From positions 52,452,001 through 52,516,000 of the forward strand of contig NC_045706.1 of assembly GCF_009834535.1 (NCBI RefSeq): DNA of 64,000 bases, given 5' to 3'. Shown here piece by piece: positions 36,001 through 49,294 of this stretch. The notes under the pieces are model-generated. The model did no database searches. It was given only the letters and a program-made list of their open reading frames with translations, and was not told the origin of the DNA. How positions within the stretch are numbered: the first letter of the stretch is position 1; each line of letters opens with the position of its first letter. Source of the stretch: Camelus ferus. Its lineage: Eukaryota. A program made the position numbers and the translations under genes.

Positions 36001-37708
36001 TGGCCCACATTGCCTCTCTGTGGGAAGGCTATGTATGGCTTCAGCTTTTGGTACCTTCTGCTGACTTTGCCAGGCCTGTCAAGATCATCCTTCTGCCTTA
36101 GACTGAGTGGTCGCATAGAGATTGACGTGATTGCCCTTAAGCAGGTCTCATCCACCAGGGTGATAGACAGCGGTGGCGAAGCACCAGGGCTGACAGGATG
36201 AACACCATGATAGATTGCCTGGTCCCTCTGCTGCTCACAGGGGAGAAAGGTCACACCTGGGGCCTCCCCGAGCATGCTCAGTGGCTGCAGTGAGAGACCG
36301 TGTCTTTAGCTTGCCTATTGATGCCATTGTGCTCTGGGTTTGTTTTCAGTGAAACAGTCCCAGTTTAGAGGAAGGCTCTTCTCCCTTATTTCTCTTACAT
36401 CTTAAATCTCTTGTATTCTGCATAGCGCCCCCCACCCCACCCCCACCACCCTTTAGCATCTTTATCACAGGCAATGCATGTCAGTTTGCAGTTTTTCGGA
36501 GAACAGAAGAGGTCAGTTCTTAGCCAGGTCATACATTCATGGCCATACTCCAGTCTTGGAGTAAAGTGCTTTCCCTAAATCCCTGACTACAAAAGCACGA
36601 ACTTTATTATATTTTGTTCATTTCTAAATGCACTTCCTACCCTAAATACTAGGCAGTGTCAGGCATCTTTCCCAACACCAGGTTCTGGTTGTACCAGCGA
36701 CTCTTATTTATTTATTTTTAACCACACACCCTCCCAGCTGTGTCTATGGCCATATTTGTGTGTGGAGCTAGCTTGCTCCTTTGGGTGCTATTCAAAGGTA
36801 GGGAGGTGATAAAAGATAGAGTGATAGGTCAGGAAGTTAAGAAGGAAAGGGGAGACTGTAGAAAACACCCTAAAAGGAAACAAACAGTTTTTAGGAAAAG
36901 GCACAAGCCCTTTGAATTGGGTGTACTTCCCAGGACCTCTCAGTTGTGAAATCCATAGTTTGTTAGGTGTTCTCTATGCACCTTTGGCTATCTTCCAGCC
37001 CTAATGTTACAAGGGGGAAAAAAGCATGGTCATACTGGTTGTGAGGCTAAAATTCCACCGAGAATACTGTGCACCAGTAGAATCACTCTTAGAAGATGCT
37101 TGAAAGGCTTGTTGCCCTTGACACAGTAGCATTTCTTTTTGCTTCTGTTTAGACCAGGTGTTCATTGTCCTGAGTGTCCCAGTATTAGGTTAGTTTGAGG
37201 ACAGAAAAACCTGAAAGAGAATTCTTCCCAGGTATAGATATCAAAGGACTAGGAAGCTGCTGTGTTAAAAGTCTTCAAGGACTCAGAACCCAAGACACCC
37301 AAGAAGAACCTGCCTTCTCATTTCTAGTCCATTTCCACGGCCTCTGGCCTGTTGAATCAGCACAGTCCTTGAATGACTTGTGCTGGGGCTGGCAGGAGTC
37401 CCTCCCGTAGATTATGCAACCTCTGGTTATCAGCTATTGAGACAAATTTAGACTAAAATCCTTAAGACCATTCATAATTAGAGGATATTGAATGTTTGGC
37501 TTTATCTCTTAAATCCATTAATAACTAGAGCTGAGTACCTTTTCTCTATTTGCTCTACAGAACAGCACTGGAGGAGTGCTCTGAGTTAGCTGTATTCAGT
37601 CCCACCCTGGTTCTTTGTTTGGAGGCAGCAGCACATGTTCTGTCCATGGCACATTACGGGCAGCCAGAGTTCTGAGCAAGGGCAGCGAGACTAGTCCAAT
37701 GTCACATC

Positions 37709-37840
37709 NNNNNNNNNNNNNNNNNNNNNNNNNNNNNNNNNNNNNNNNNNNNNNNNNNNNNNNNNNNNNNNNNNNNNNNNNNNNNNNNNNNNNNNNNNNN
37801 NNNNNNNNNNNNNNNNNNNNNNNNNNNNNNNNNNNNNNNN
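37709..37840. other. N-masked block (132 bp)
   Basis: Read directly. Confidence 0.95.
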
Positions 37841-40289
37841 TCAGATCCATTTGTATCACACACAAGAATGTCTCCTTCCATGTGAGCTTTGGAAGCAAAA
37901 AATATTTTTGGAGTGAGTTATTGACCACATTGTTTCCCTCTCTTTGGGTTGTTTATTGTCTTCCAAAATGGTGTAATAACTTTAATTGAGATTAGCTTTA
38001 ATTATAATTTACGTAAAGGCTATCACTACAGTCTATTCATCTTAATGACAGAATTAGCTTGAGTTTTGTTTCTCTTAAAGAGGGATAATGATAATGAATT
38101 AGTGTTGGGTTGTGGACAGTTCCACTGTTTGCTAAGCAAGATTTGCTGTGCTCAAGTTAGACTCTGGTCTAAATTGGCAGAGGGGGAAGCGTTGTTGCAT
38201 GCTTATCTTAAATCCGTAGGAATTTCCCAAACCTTGTTTGTCAGAGAAGAGAATTAGAAGATAATAAATTCAATCCAAGCTGAGACATATTTCATACCCT
38301 CTTCCACCCCTTGGTCTTTTCTGCTTTTTATCCTGTTCCACTGAGCTTTCTCTTTGGGGATCATGGTGCCAAACCTCCCTGTGTCCTCTCTCCCAGGACA
38401 CCCATCTGACTTCAGAACCCCCTAGGGTCGAGGCTGTCCTGGAGTCCTCTGTTGCCTCAGCAAAGTCAAGGTGGACTGTCTCTTTCCTAAGTAACGTTAT
38501 TTTATAGAACAGTTTGTTCCTGGGGGAGTAATGTTTTAGGTTGTGGGGAATCCTATTAAAAGTACAACTATTACAATCACTTGCTTTTACTTTTACCAGC
38601 CTTGCTCATAAACCCTCCATCTGTTTGTTGCTTTAAATAGAGGAACATTATAAGAGATTATCACTCGATCAGGCTGCACATCTTGAGTGTTGTGCATTTT
38701 CACATATTCACGTATACTGAGGAATAAAAGAAAGCAAGCCACACATTCTGGATGAAAGGATTTTTTGTTTGTTTTTTCCATTTTGTTTTGTCTCTGTATG
38801 TTTTCCAGCAGAGATGTATCTTGCATGTTTTCAAGGGAAAATGTCTTTCTGGCTGCTTCTAAGAAATAACCTGGCTTTCTTTCTCATCTTTGTTAATATG
38901 CAGATCAAAAACAATCCTCAGGGCTCTTTTCATCAAAACAGTAACAGTGTTCAGTGGTTACTCCTCACAAGAGCATTGTAAGTCAGATCTGTGTCACTGC
39001 CTGACGCCTCGGGTGGATGACGTGGGGCCCGCTGGGACCCTTCCATGTTGTCCATACAGCGCGGCCAATGGACAGCACAGAAGTGTGACATTCACCATCT
39101 GCTTTTCTCCATTCTCTTTCCAAGAAGAAGCTTTCACCCAAAAAGGCTGTGAGCATTACTTGATTCTGATCTCTCTAACTTCTCTAAATACCATGATAAA
39201 AATTATTGTGACCAAGAACTGGAAAGGGAAGCGAGACCAGAGGGTCACAGAGCATATTGGCTACTTGTTTGCGTGACATACAGATCACCAGCCTTTGGTG
39301 GAGGACTGTAGGTTACCTCTAGTGCAGCAGCAAACACTGAAGGGATTTAAATATTAGCATATGCTAATTTTTCTCAAGTGATGTGGATTGGGGCAATTTA
39401 GGACAAGAGAGTTCCTAAGAAAGAAGAGGAACTTCTAAGTATGGAATGTGCCTAGGGGCGAGTTGCTAAAGTCAGGATGATGTCAGTGGTAATAAATCGA
39501 ATTATGCCAAAGGAGAGCACAAAGCAGAGCTTGGAGCAGAATTAAGTGTGGATTTTTAGTGGACCGGGGTGTAAGGAGCTGAGAGAATAGTGACAAAAGA
39601 CTGTTTATGCCAATTAGAAGATTTGCTGATGTTTAGCACTGTAGTGTGTTGAGTGGTATTTTCTTCTTGAGAGTAGTGGTGGCACCATTCAGTGCTGGTT
39701 TACAAGATTGCCTCAAACAGTGAAACAGTGAGGCAAAGGTGGATGACAAAGCACTGTGGGAATAAGTGATCATATGTGTGATGGCCACTTGTGGATGAAG
39801 GTGACTACTGTTTGTGCCTGATAGTCCACAAAAACCAGCATCCTCAGGTAAACTCCCTAGTGGGGCTGAAGATGCTGACAGTAGGATTACTGTGTCTGGG
39901 AGTAGGTGGTAGAATAATAACTGTAGGAGGAGTAGATAACACCTCAGTGCAACTAGGTCACCTGAATTAATGGGTAGAATTTTCTGGAAATAATGAATGT
40001 TTATATTTTGTCAATCAATTATGTTAAATCAACTTTTTCTTCTCCATATTGGAATAACTCCTTCAATCTTAGAAACTGGGATGAATTTGAAATTCACTGG
40101 GGATCATCTCCTTTAGATAATCTCCTTTAGTAACTTTTCAATTTGACTATTTGTAATGAGAGGGACAGAGGTACCTCTCAGTGGAATTATGGCGTCTTGA
40201 AATAGGTAAGAGTTAATATGTATTATCTGTTTACACAGGTTATGTTTGTTAAATAATCATTTAAAAAATCATAATTCAGTGGTACTATA

Positions 40290-41480
40290 AAGAAATTACA
40301 TTTGGAAAAATGTTCAGTTCTTTTGCCCATTTTTTTAATCAGGTTGTTAGGTTTTTTTGATATTCAGTTGTATGAGCTATTTATACATGTTGGGTATTAN
40401 NNNNNNNNNNNNNNNNNNNNNNNNNNNNNNNNNNNNNNNNNNNNNNNNNNNNNNNNNNNNNNNNNNNNNNNNNNNNNNNNNNNNNNNNNNNNNNNNNNNN
40501 NNNNNNNNNNNNNNNNNNNNNNNNNNNNNNNNNNNNNCGACATATCTAAAAAAATACTACTGCGATTTAGGTTGGTGTTCTGCCTAAGTTTTCCTCTAGG
40601 AGTTTTAAAGTAGCTGGTCTTACATTCAGGTCTTTAATCGATTTTTAATTTATTTTTGTACATGGTATTAAAGAATGTTCTACTTTGTTTCTTTTTTTTT
40701 TTACATACAGCTGTTCAGTGTTCTCAGCATTATTTATTGAAGAGACTGTCTTTTCTCCATTGTATGTTCTTGCCCCCTTTGTCATAGATNNNNNNNNNNN
40801 NNNNNNNNNNNNNNNNNNNNNNNNNNNNNNNNNNNNNNNNNNNNNNNNNNNNNNNNNNNNNNNNNNNNNNNNNNNNNNNNNNNNNNNNNNNNNNNNNNNN
40901 NNNNNNNNNNNNNNNNNAGAGCATGATTCCCCCATCTCTGTTCTTTCTCAAGATTGTTTTGGCTATTTGGGGTCCTTTGTGTTGTAATACAAATCTTAAA
41001 ATTATTTGTTCTAGTTTTATTAAAAATCCTCTTGCTGTTTTGATAGTGATTGCATTAATTCTGTAGAATGCCTTGAGCAATATGGTCACCTTAACAATAT
41101 TCATGCTTCCAGTCCATGAACACATCATATCTTTCCATCTGTTTGTGTCATCTTCAATTTCTTTCATTAATGTCTTATAGTTTTCCATAGACAGATCTTT
41201 AACCTCCTTAGATAGGTTTATTCCTAGGTATTTATTCTTTAGATGTGATTGTAAATGGGATTGTTTCCTTAATTTTTCTTTCTGATATTTCATTGGTAGT
41301 GTGTAGAAATGCAACAGATTTCTATGTATTAATTTTGTATCCTGCAGCATTACCAAATTCATTGATGAGTGCTAGTAGTTTTCTGGTGGTGATGTGTTTA
41401 GAATTTTTTTTATCTGTAGTATCATGTCATCTTCAAACAGTGACAGTTTTACTTCTTCCTTTCCAATCTAGATTCCTTTT
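40290..41480 (-). mobile_element. L1 (L1MA-like) ORF2 fragment, partly N-masked
   Basis: ORF 40730-41362 reads KYLGINLSKEVKDLSMENYKTLMKEIEDDTNRWKD...CSWTG...IYDKGGKNIQWRKDSLFNK, typical of L1 ORF2p just after the RT domain. Frameshifted and non-functional. Confidence 0.95.
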
Positions 41481-43389
41481 ATTTCTCTTTATTGCTTTGA
41501 TTTTTAATGTTATTACTATTTAACTGAATCTTCCATGAAAAAATGTACTCTAACTTCTACCATATTATTTAAAGTTTTTCAGTCTATTATTTTGTTAGAA
41601 AAGTTTTTCTGGGCTTATTAAAACTTAAAGCAGTAACAGTGACAGATAAAAAATCTTCTAAGATATTTTAACTGATGACTTGACTTATCAGAAAGAATCA
41701 CCAAGTCCTTCTAAATAGCCTGAAATGTGTGTGTGACTGTGGGTGTGTGGGGGTGTGTGTGATTGTAGGATCTGAGTAGAGAACTCCTATGACAGATGTT
41801 GTAAATAATTTTCCAACTTTTTTGTGAACTCTGGAATAAGTCAGCTTTTACTCCTTTTACCGTGTTACACAGAAAAATGTACCTGTTTCATACCTAATTA
41901 ATATATACTTTGTGCCTGTCTTTCACATGAATTAATGACCTAGTTTTCATGACTTGCCTAGGCTCTGGAAAAATAGTGTTATGATGTTTTTGCTTTTCCC
42001 CTCTTCTAGACCTTTGAAACCTAATTTGAACATAACAAGATTATGGTTCAGAGTATAACAGAGCAATTTTGTTTTGATTAGATAATATTTTTGATACCTA
42101 AGGGAAAATAGGTACATGAGTTATTTCAGAAAGTTAATAAATAAAACCAAGTTGCATTCATAGACTATCTGTATTTCCCTATATATGTACATTCCTTGCC
42201 AAGATCCATACTTCCCTGTTTGCATATAAAGGCAGTCTATCAAAAAATGACTCCTTTATCTGCAGAGCTATAGCATGTAATCCACATTCTGTAGCCACAC
42301 TGATTGTCTCTATGTTGTCTCAAACATACTCATGACTGTCTCAAACATAATCAATGTAGGGGCATGCTTCAAAATGGAATACTTTTCTCTCCTCGTCTTT
42401 TAAAACTTTACTTTGTATACCCACTGAGAATGATCCACTTTCAAAGGATCACATTACAGTGTAAAAGGTTTGGACTTAATATTCCCATATATTCCTTGAA
42501 GATCTAAGAATATGATGATAGAGGTTACTATCACAAGAAAAGTCAGTGTAGATATCTGCGCAAATTAGATTTAAGTACTGCCTAGCAAATTACAGTTAAC
42601 TGAAAAAAATAAAATCTCAACTCCAATTTATTAGCCAGGCTTATAGGTTTACACTTCTGAATATTTGCATATATAATATTGATAAAGGATATTGACTTAT
42701 ATTAAGATGGATGTTGCAACCCTCTTTTGGCAGTTCAGTCCGTGGGCCACTTTATTGGGCAATTTTATTACAGGCTTCTTGGCTCTGTTTTATTCATGGA
42801 CATATATGCATATGCATATATGATTAAAACATATGCATGTTATAAACGTATACCTTGTTTTTCCTAGAATTATTTTATGATATAAATATTTAATCAAGTG
42901 CAATAGCCATTTTATTAAAATGTAGTAGTCAAGAAACTAGATAAAACATATATGGAGGACACTTGTAAGTGCAAAGTGGCTCTAATTAATTAAAAAACTA
43001 ACATTTGCATGTGCTTCTCTTTTTTTCCCACCCTTACTGGGTCACTGATTTCTCAAGAAATACTTTCTAAATAATTCCATGGTTCAGGTTGTCCTCTCAG
43101 GTTTTGAAACTGTCTTTAAAAACCATGCTAGTCTATGTTTGTAATAATGCACTTTGGGATGCGCTCACTCCACAAATAATTTCTGGACCCCTTCAGTATG
43201 TGAGAAATTAGAAATTCAAGAGTAAGCAGAGGATGCCTTACTCTTGGACAACTTCTATCTGGAGGAGATTGATACACACACAAATAATCACTATATGCTG
43301 AAATAATCACTGTATGTGATAGGCACAAAATTAAGAGATTGCACCAAAGAGCTACATGAATTAAGGCCCAGAGATGATAGTGAGAAGTT

Positions 43390-44065
43390 AATTCCAAAAG
43401 TAACCATAATCCAACTGTGTCTACAGTTAACATCTTGATCCCAGCTGCCATCATTTCTTACCTGAATCATTCATCCTTGCTATGTCCTTACCAGTCTCCT
43501 GATTCTACTCTTGCCTTCCTACAGCCTATTCTTGGCAGGGAGGCCAGTGCAATTCTTTAAAAAATACACTAAATCACGTCCTTTGGCTTCCCTGCCTACT
43601 TCCCACCACTGATTTCATATCCCACTTGGAGTAAAAGCCAGAGTTTTTACAAGACCTTACATGGGCCTTATATGATCTGCTCTAGAGAAATCAGTGTCCC
43701 CATAGCCGTGACAGCGAGGCAAAAATAACTGCGAATGTCATTTCCCACCGCTCTCCCCTCTCTCTGTTGCAGCCACACTGGGCAGTAGTAGGCTTTGTAC
43801 TTGCCATTCAAATCTTTGCTCAAGTGCCACCTCATCAGAGAGGCCTCTGGGACCACTCTATCTGAAGTAGCACCCTGGCCCCCATCACACTCCACTTACC
43901 TTGCTTTGTTCTCCTCTGCTGTGCTTGGCACCACTTGACATACATTTACTGGGGGCGTATTTTTTTGTCCAAACGAAGGGAAGGACTTGTTTTGGTCTGA
44001 GGCTAAAGGGTGCCTTGCATGTACAGGCACTCAATAAAATTATTTTATGAATGAATGAAAGAATG
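43390..44065 (+). mobile_element. L2a 3' region
   Basis: cacttggagtaaaagccagag...tgctcaagtgccacctcatcagagaggcct...ggcactcaataaaattattttatgaatgaatgaa. Confidence 0.85.
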
Positions 44066-44769
44066 GTTGCAGTTTACAGAGGCCCATCAGGCTGTGTTTA
44101 CAGACATATTATTGCATATTAAACAGGATGAGTCTCATCAAAGGGATTTTCCCCTGAACATTTTCCACTCCTTGTCTTTAACCTAGATCAAGCAAACTAC
44201 TTTATTCCGTCTCAGAACAATGTACAAGGTGGAGGCATGAAACATCGGCAATGGAGATGGGTTAACCAACGAAGCAGGAAAGGAAAGTGAATGTCAGGAA
44301 ACAGAATGACAAGACGTTTGCAGCAGCTGGAACTTGGGTGGACTTGAGATGCACATCAGATGTGTAGGGCCCTCTCGAGTCATACCCCATGCAGCCAGCA
44401 GGCTGTGCGGATTTAGTTGTGGACACACGTGTGTGTCCTGGATCAGAGACTGTATGTGCAGAAGTGGAAGTTTTTCTCTTTTCTTATATACCATTACAGT
44501 AACAAAATATATACAAAGCAAGATTAAAAGAGAAATTGAAAGGCAGGGTAGTAATTTTTATAAAACTAATGCTTCTCAGATATTATTAAATTAATATTTT
44601 ATCCAACATGAATGGAACTAACTTATTTTAACTTTTTAATGTAGCCTCAAAACTTCCTCAAAAGTTTGGATAGGTGACTGTAAAATAATGAGATATTTTT
44701 CCTGTCAGGAATAGGGTACAGCATTTATGACTCTGGTTAAGTAATGGTCATTATCACTTACACAAATGA

Positions 44770-44985
44770 CATAAAGACTTTTTACATGTATTAATTAATT
44801 TAATTACATAACAACCCCATCAGGTCAGTGCTCTTATCCCCATTTTAATAATAAGGAAAGTAAGGCCCTGAAAGGCTCAATACTGTGGACTGGGTCACGT
44901 ACAGGTAGTAGTTGCAGATTCCAGGATGTTAGTTAACTCTGGTTTTCTGGGTCCAGAGTCCATGCTCTTCGCTGCTGCAATGTTT
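44770..44985 (-). mobile_element. MIR
   Basis: taacaaccccatcagg...tatccccatttta...ggtcacgtacaggtagt...ccagagtccatgctctt. Confidence 0.75.
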
Positions 44986-46019
44986 TGTGAAAGGCATTCT
45001 CTTACTTTGTAAAATTCACGTTTTTCTGATGATGGAGATATTGCTTAAAACTGTTTTGAAACTCTTTTAGAACAAATTTTAGAACTTTTACAAACCATTC
45101 ATAAGATGAGGCTAAGTGAGAACAAAAAGAAAAACAGCATTCCATAATTCTATGACTCACTTCATTCTCTGGGATAAAAATTTTTTTAAAGCACACTATA
45201 AATAAATCCAGGTTACCTTCAAGTGAAAAATACTTTGTATAATGTAAAATTTTTGAAGACTTTGTATGAACACGTGGCATAATGTCTTGAAAGAACTAAT
45301 TGCCTAGAAATCTCACATCCTGATTTCCGCTTTAGGTCAGGCAATCATTTGTTGTGTTTAAAGTCTGGGAAAACTCCATCTTAGCAGATGGTTGTGAGTG
45401 CTGCCCCAGAACCAAAAGGCCCAGGTTCTCTTTCTGCTCTGTTCCCCCTTTGCTCCTCTGGCTGATCTTCACTTCCTGTGCCAGGTAAAGGAGGAAGTAG
45501 AAACTGTCCAAAGGCAGCTGAAGCCAACACCATCGGAGATAGAGGGGATCACCCATGTCTCTCCAAACTTGGAATTTAGTGATTTTGTGAGATATGCTGT
45601 ATATGAAAGTGCTTTGCAAAATGAAGTGTTACTGGGGTGTAAATAATTACATGATAAACTGAAAACTCTGAAGGCATTTTCAAAAAGGAAATTTGGAAAA
45701 TGTTTTAGGTGATCAATTTCAATCTTGGAGTCAAGGCATAGTCTCTCAAGTTGACTTCTTTGAAACAGACCGAAGAATGATGTTTACATCATTCCTAGAA
45801 TGGGGATGCTGAAGTCTGTCACCATTTTATAGCTGAGTTTCATACACTCATTTGTATACTGCTTTAGTGTTGGGTAGACTTCATGGGTGGTATTTTTCAT
45901 GTGTCATATCTTCCCTTGGTAATAGTCATTTATGGCTTTGCACTTACTTTATGTAGTCACCATAATTAGAAGGAATGAATTTAACATTTCTTCTAGTTTC
46001 TGTTTATTCACCAAAGCTG

Positions 46020-46230
46020 AATAAACTAGGGTGAGGCAAGCCAGGCACTCACCTTGGGTACAAATGTAAGTGGGCACCAAAACTCTCAGTAATCAAAATA
46101 AATAATACTTTAATGCAATATCTTTAAAAAAAAATTAGTATAAAACATTTCATGATGAACAAGACATCACATGTTCAATAAAAATGTTTCCTTTTGCCCA
46201 GGCTCCAGTTTGGCTCTGCACAGCACTATA
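46020..46230. mobile_element. MER96B-like hAT element
   Basis: actagggtgaggcaagc...cagtaatcaaaataaataatactttaatgcaat...catgatgaacaa. Confidence 0.6.
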
Positions 46231-47166
46231 TTAACCTATTCTGTTTTATCCTTAGAGCATCAAAGCCAACAAACACACTTTCTATGTCTCATGCCCTGTG
46301 CTTAAGTAGATGCTTATAAGCTAGACCAGCATGTTTTCTATGTAATCACTCAGAAATTCTCCTTTCCCTTCTTGCTTCCCATGTGTTTTATCTGTTCTTG
46401 TGTCTCTGACTCTATATTCCTTGCTGTATGTCTGACTTAGTGCCACTTCTAATTTTGACCATTAATTCTAGTTTAGTTTTACTAATTTTCCAGACATTCT
46501 TCCTGGCCTGACTCTTCTACCTTAAGTCTTGACACTTCTATCCAGACCTTTACTTGCCTTAATCCTTTGATGTCCGCAGTTGCCTTGGATAACACATTTC
46601 ATTTCAGACTACTGTAACCCCAATCCTAACTTGGTCACACACCTTGGGGAAGATTGGGAGAAATTTGGACATCACTTATTTGATGTATATTTTAAAATCC
46701 TTAGTCCTGTCAACACTTAACACTGGTTTAATTTACAGCTAAAAATTCTGAACTGTGGTTTGTAACTGGCATCATTACTGCAAGCTAAGTGTTATCTGTG
46801 ATGGTTTCTCTTATGTTTACATTTTACCCATTTAGCTATTAAAAGCAATCCCCAGTGGTTTTTTAGTTCTCATGAAAGTTGTTTTCCTCTTCTACACAGT
46901 TTGGAAGAAACTGGGAAAAACTATGGGCTTTTGTTTGTCAGTGCCTGTATGTGAGAATGAACACCACATTTGCCTGTTCCCTCCTAATTATAAAGCACTA
47001 TTTCTCCCCACCTAAGGAGGCCTGAGAACTAGTGTATGTATGTATGTACATAAATGTGGGTATGTGTGTTATATACATAATCCCTTCTCTTTATACTAGT
47101 GGTTCCATATGCAATGTTCTACACCCTCTTTCTTTTCTACTTAACATCCCTAAGGAACAAAATGGA

Positions 47167-47648
47167 TGATGTCAATGTTATGTGTCAACTTGACTGGTAC
47201 AGTTGCCCAGGTTATATCTAGATGTCTCTGTAAAGCTGTTTCTGGATGAGATTAACATTTGAATTGGTGGACTCAGTAAAGCAAATTTCCCTTCCCAATG
47301 TGGGTGAGTATCATCCAATCCATTGAGGGCCTGAATAGCACAAAAGGTAGAGGAAGGAGGAATTTGCCCCTTTATTTCTGCCTCACTGCTTGAGCTGGAC
47401 ATCTCATATCTTCTCCTGCCCTTGGATTGAGATTTACCCACCATTGGTTCTTCTGATTCTCAGACCTTCAGATTTGGGTTGAGTTTCATCACCTGCTTTC
47501 TTAGGTCTCCAACTCACAGATGGCAAGTTTTGGATTTTTCAGGCTCCATAGTCACATTAACCAATTCTGTATAAGAAATATTTATCTATATCTATAGATA
47601 TAGATATATCTTACTGACTGTGTGTCTCTGGAGAACCCTAACTAATAC
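47167..47648 (+). mobile_element. MLT2D-like ERVL solo LTR, near full length
   Basis: ttatgtgtcaacttgactgg...ggatgagattaacatttgaattggtggactcagtaaagc...tctctggagaaccctaactaatac. Confidence 0.92.
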
Positions 47649-48929
47649 GGATGGTATATTACTGCTAAAAGAGATGCTGAATCAAAAATATATGATCATG
47701 AATGCATATATATCTATTAATATATATCTTCACATATATAAAAAGCAGCTGATATAACAATGTGGAGAGGAAGAAAAATAAGCATTTTGAGTTGGAAATT
47801 TGTATGTATTCATTAGTCAGAGTGTTTCAAGTCTTAGTAAAGTTTTAAGCTTTAATGACTCTAGGAGTTTAAATGCTCCACAGTTACAGATACATCATTT
47901 GACAGTATAATTATTTACATTGCTCTTCTGCTTCTTTATTTTTGTGGATTTGAAAAGCAGTTTTTAAATTTTAACTTATTTGGATGCCGTAGTTTCTGAT
48001 GACACTTTCTCAGACAGTGTCTCAGCGGAGGAAACCTCTTGCTTGCCTGCTTAGGTCACCTGCTCTTGTCTCCATTAGACTTTTCCTCATGGGGTCATGT
48101 TCAAACTGTCCATCATGTAATCATCAAAACCTCCTTCTCTGGAGGATTGTGAAGCCAGAACTATAAATGCAATTTTATCTCTGAGTGGCTGCTGAGGAGA
48201 GATTTCATGAAGTTTGAAAGTTGACTTGAGTGATGTGTAGCACAAGGCAGCAGTTACACTGAATTTTAAAAAGAAACATATCAAATTTTAAAATAGTGAT
48301 AGTTAACTTTTCAGCTCTTATAACTGTAAGTTAGTAGCATATGCACTTCTGTGAAACGATTAAAGCTTAACACTGCACGAAGACTCTTGGGATTGCCTGA
48401 GACTCTTGGGACTCCCTGAATAATCTAGATAGGAAAACTTGGCTTTAAGGTGTTTACAGATAGTCTTTTGTGAGTCTTTGGTTTAGCTTTTTAATATTAT
48501 TGTCTTTTGATGTGATCAGATGTCTTAATATCTATAAAATTTATCTATGGGAGAAGCACCGGGGCTCTGATACGTCTGGGGTAATTCTTCAATGCCTTGA
48601 ACTCATGAAGTTATTCTATATTTTCTTATAAAAGCTGTAAAGTTTTTTCTTGCCTATTTAGGTGTCCAGTCCATCCAGAATTTCCCGTGTGGTGGTGTGA
48701 TGCAGGGATAGTAGACTTTTTGATTACATGGCTGGCTCATTGTTCCACTTTGAATTTTCTCTCCTTTTGGGGGCCATCTCTGACACTGCCAAATTTGTGT
48801 AGATACGTGGAATTATTTCAGGGTCCTCTGAAATATTATTCAATGTGTGTAATAACCCTTTCTTATGCCAATATTACCCTATTCTAATTGCTATCGCTGT
48901 ATGATTTTTCCCCTTTCCTCCTTTCTTCC

Positions 48930-49241
48930 ATCCATTTTATTGAGGTATGATTTACATACAGTGAAACGATAAATGACTTCATCATAAGTTTAGAGTTCAC
49001 TGAATTGTGCCAGACACATTCACCTGTGTGATCACAGTGCCATTCAAGATATAAAACATTCCCATTACCCCTAAAAATTCCCTTACTCTCCTTTACAGCC
49101 AGAACCACCAACCCTACTCATTAATTCATTTATTTTTGTCACTAGAGTTTTCCTTTTTCATGCACTTCATATAAATGGAGTCGTATAGCGTATACTTATT
49201 CTGTGTTTGGGTTCATTTGCTCAGTACTGTATTTGGGTGTT

Positions 49242-49294
<53 letters not shown>

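Noticed and set aside
39300-39960. Purine-rich stretch resembling antisense L2
   Set aside because: Too diverged to assign by eye, so not listed as a feature.
40730-41362. 210-aa ORF as a host gene
   Set aside because: It is a degraded L1 ORF2p fragment.
47583-47606. 24-bp palindrome TATCTATATCTATAGATATAGATA
   Set aside because: Simple-repeat expansion in the variable region of an MLT2 LTR.
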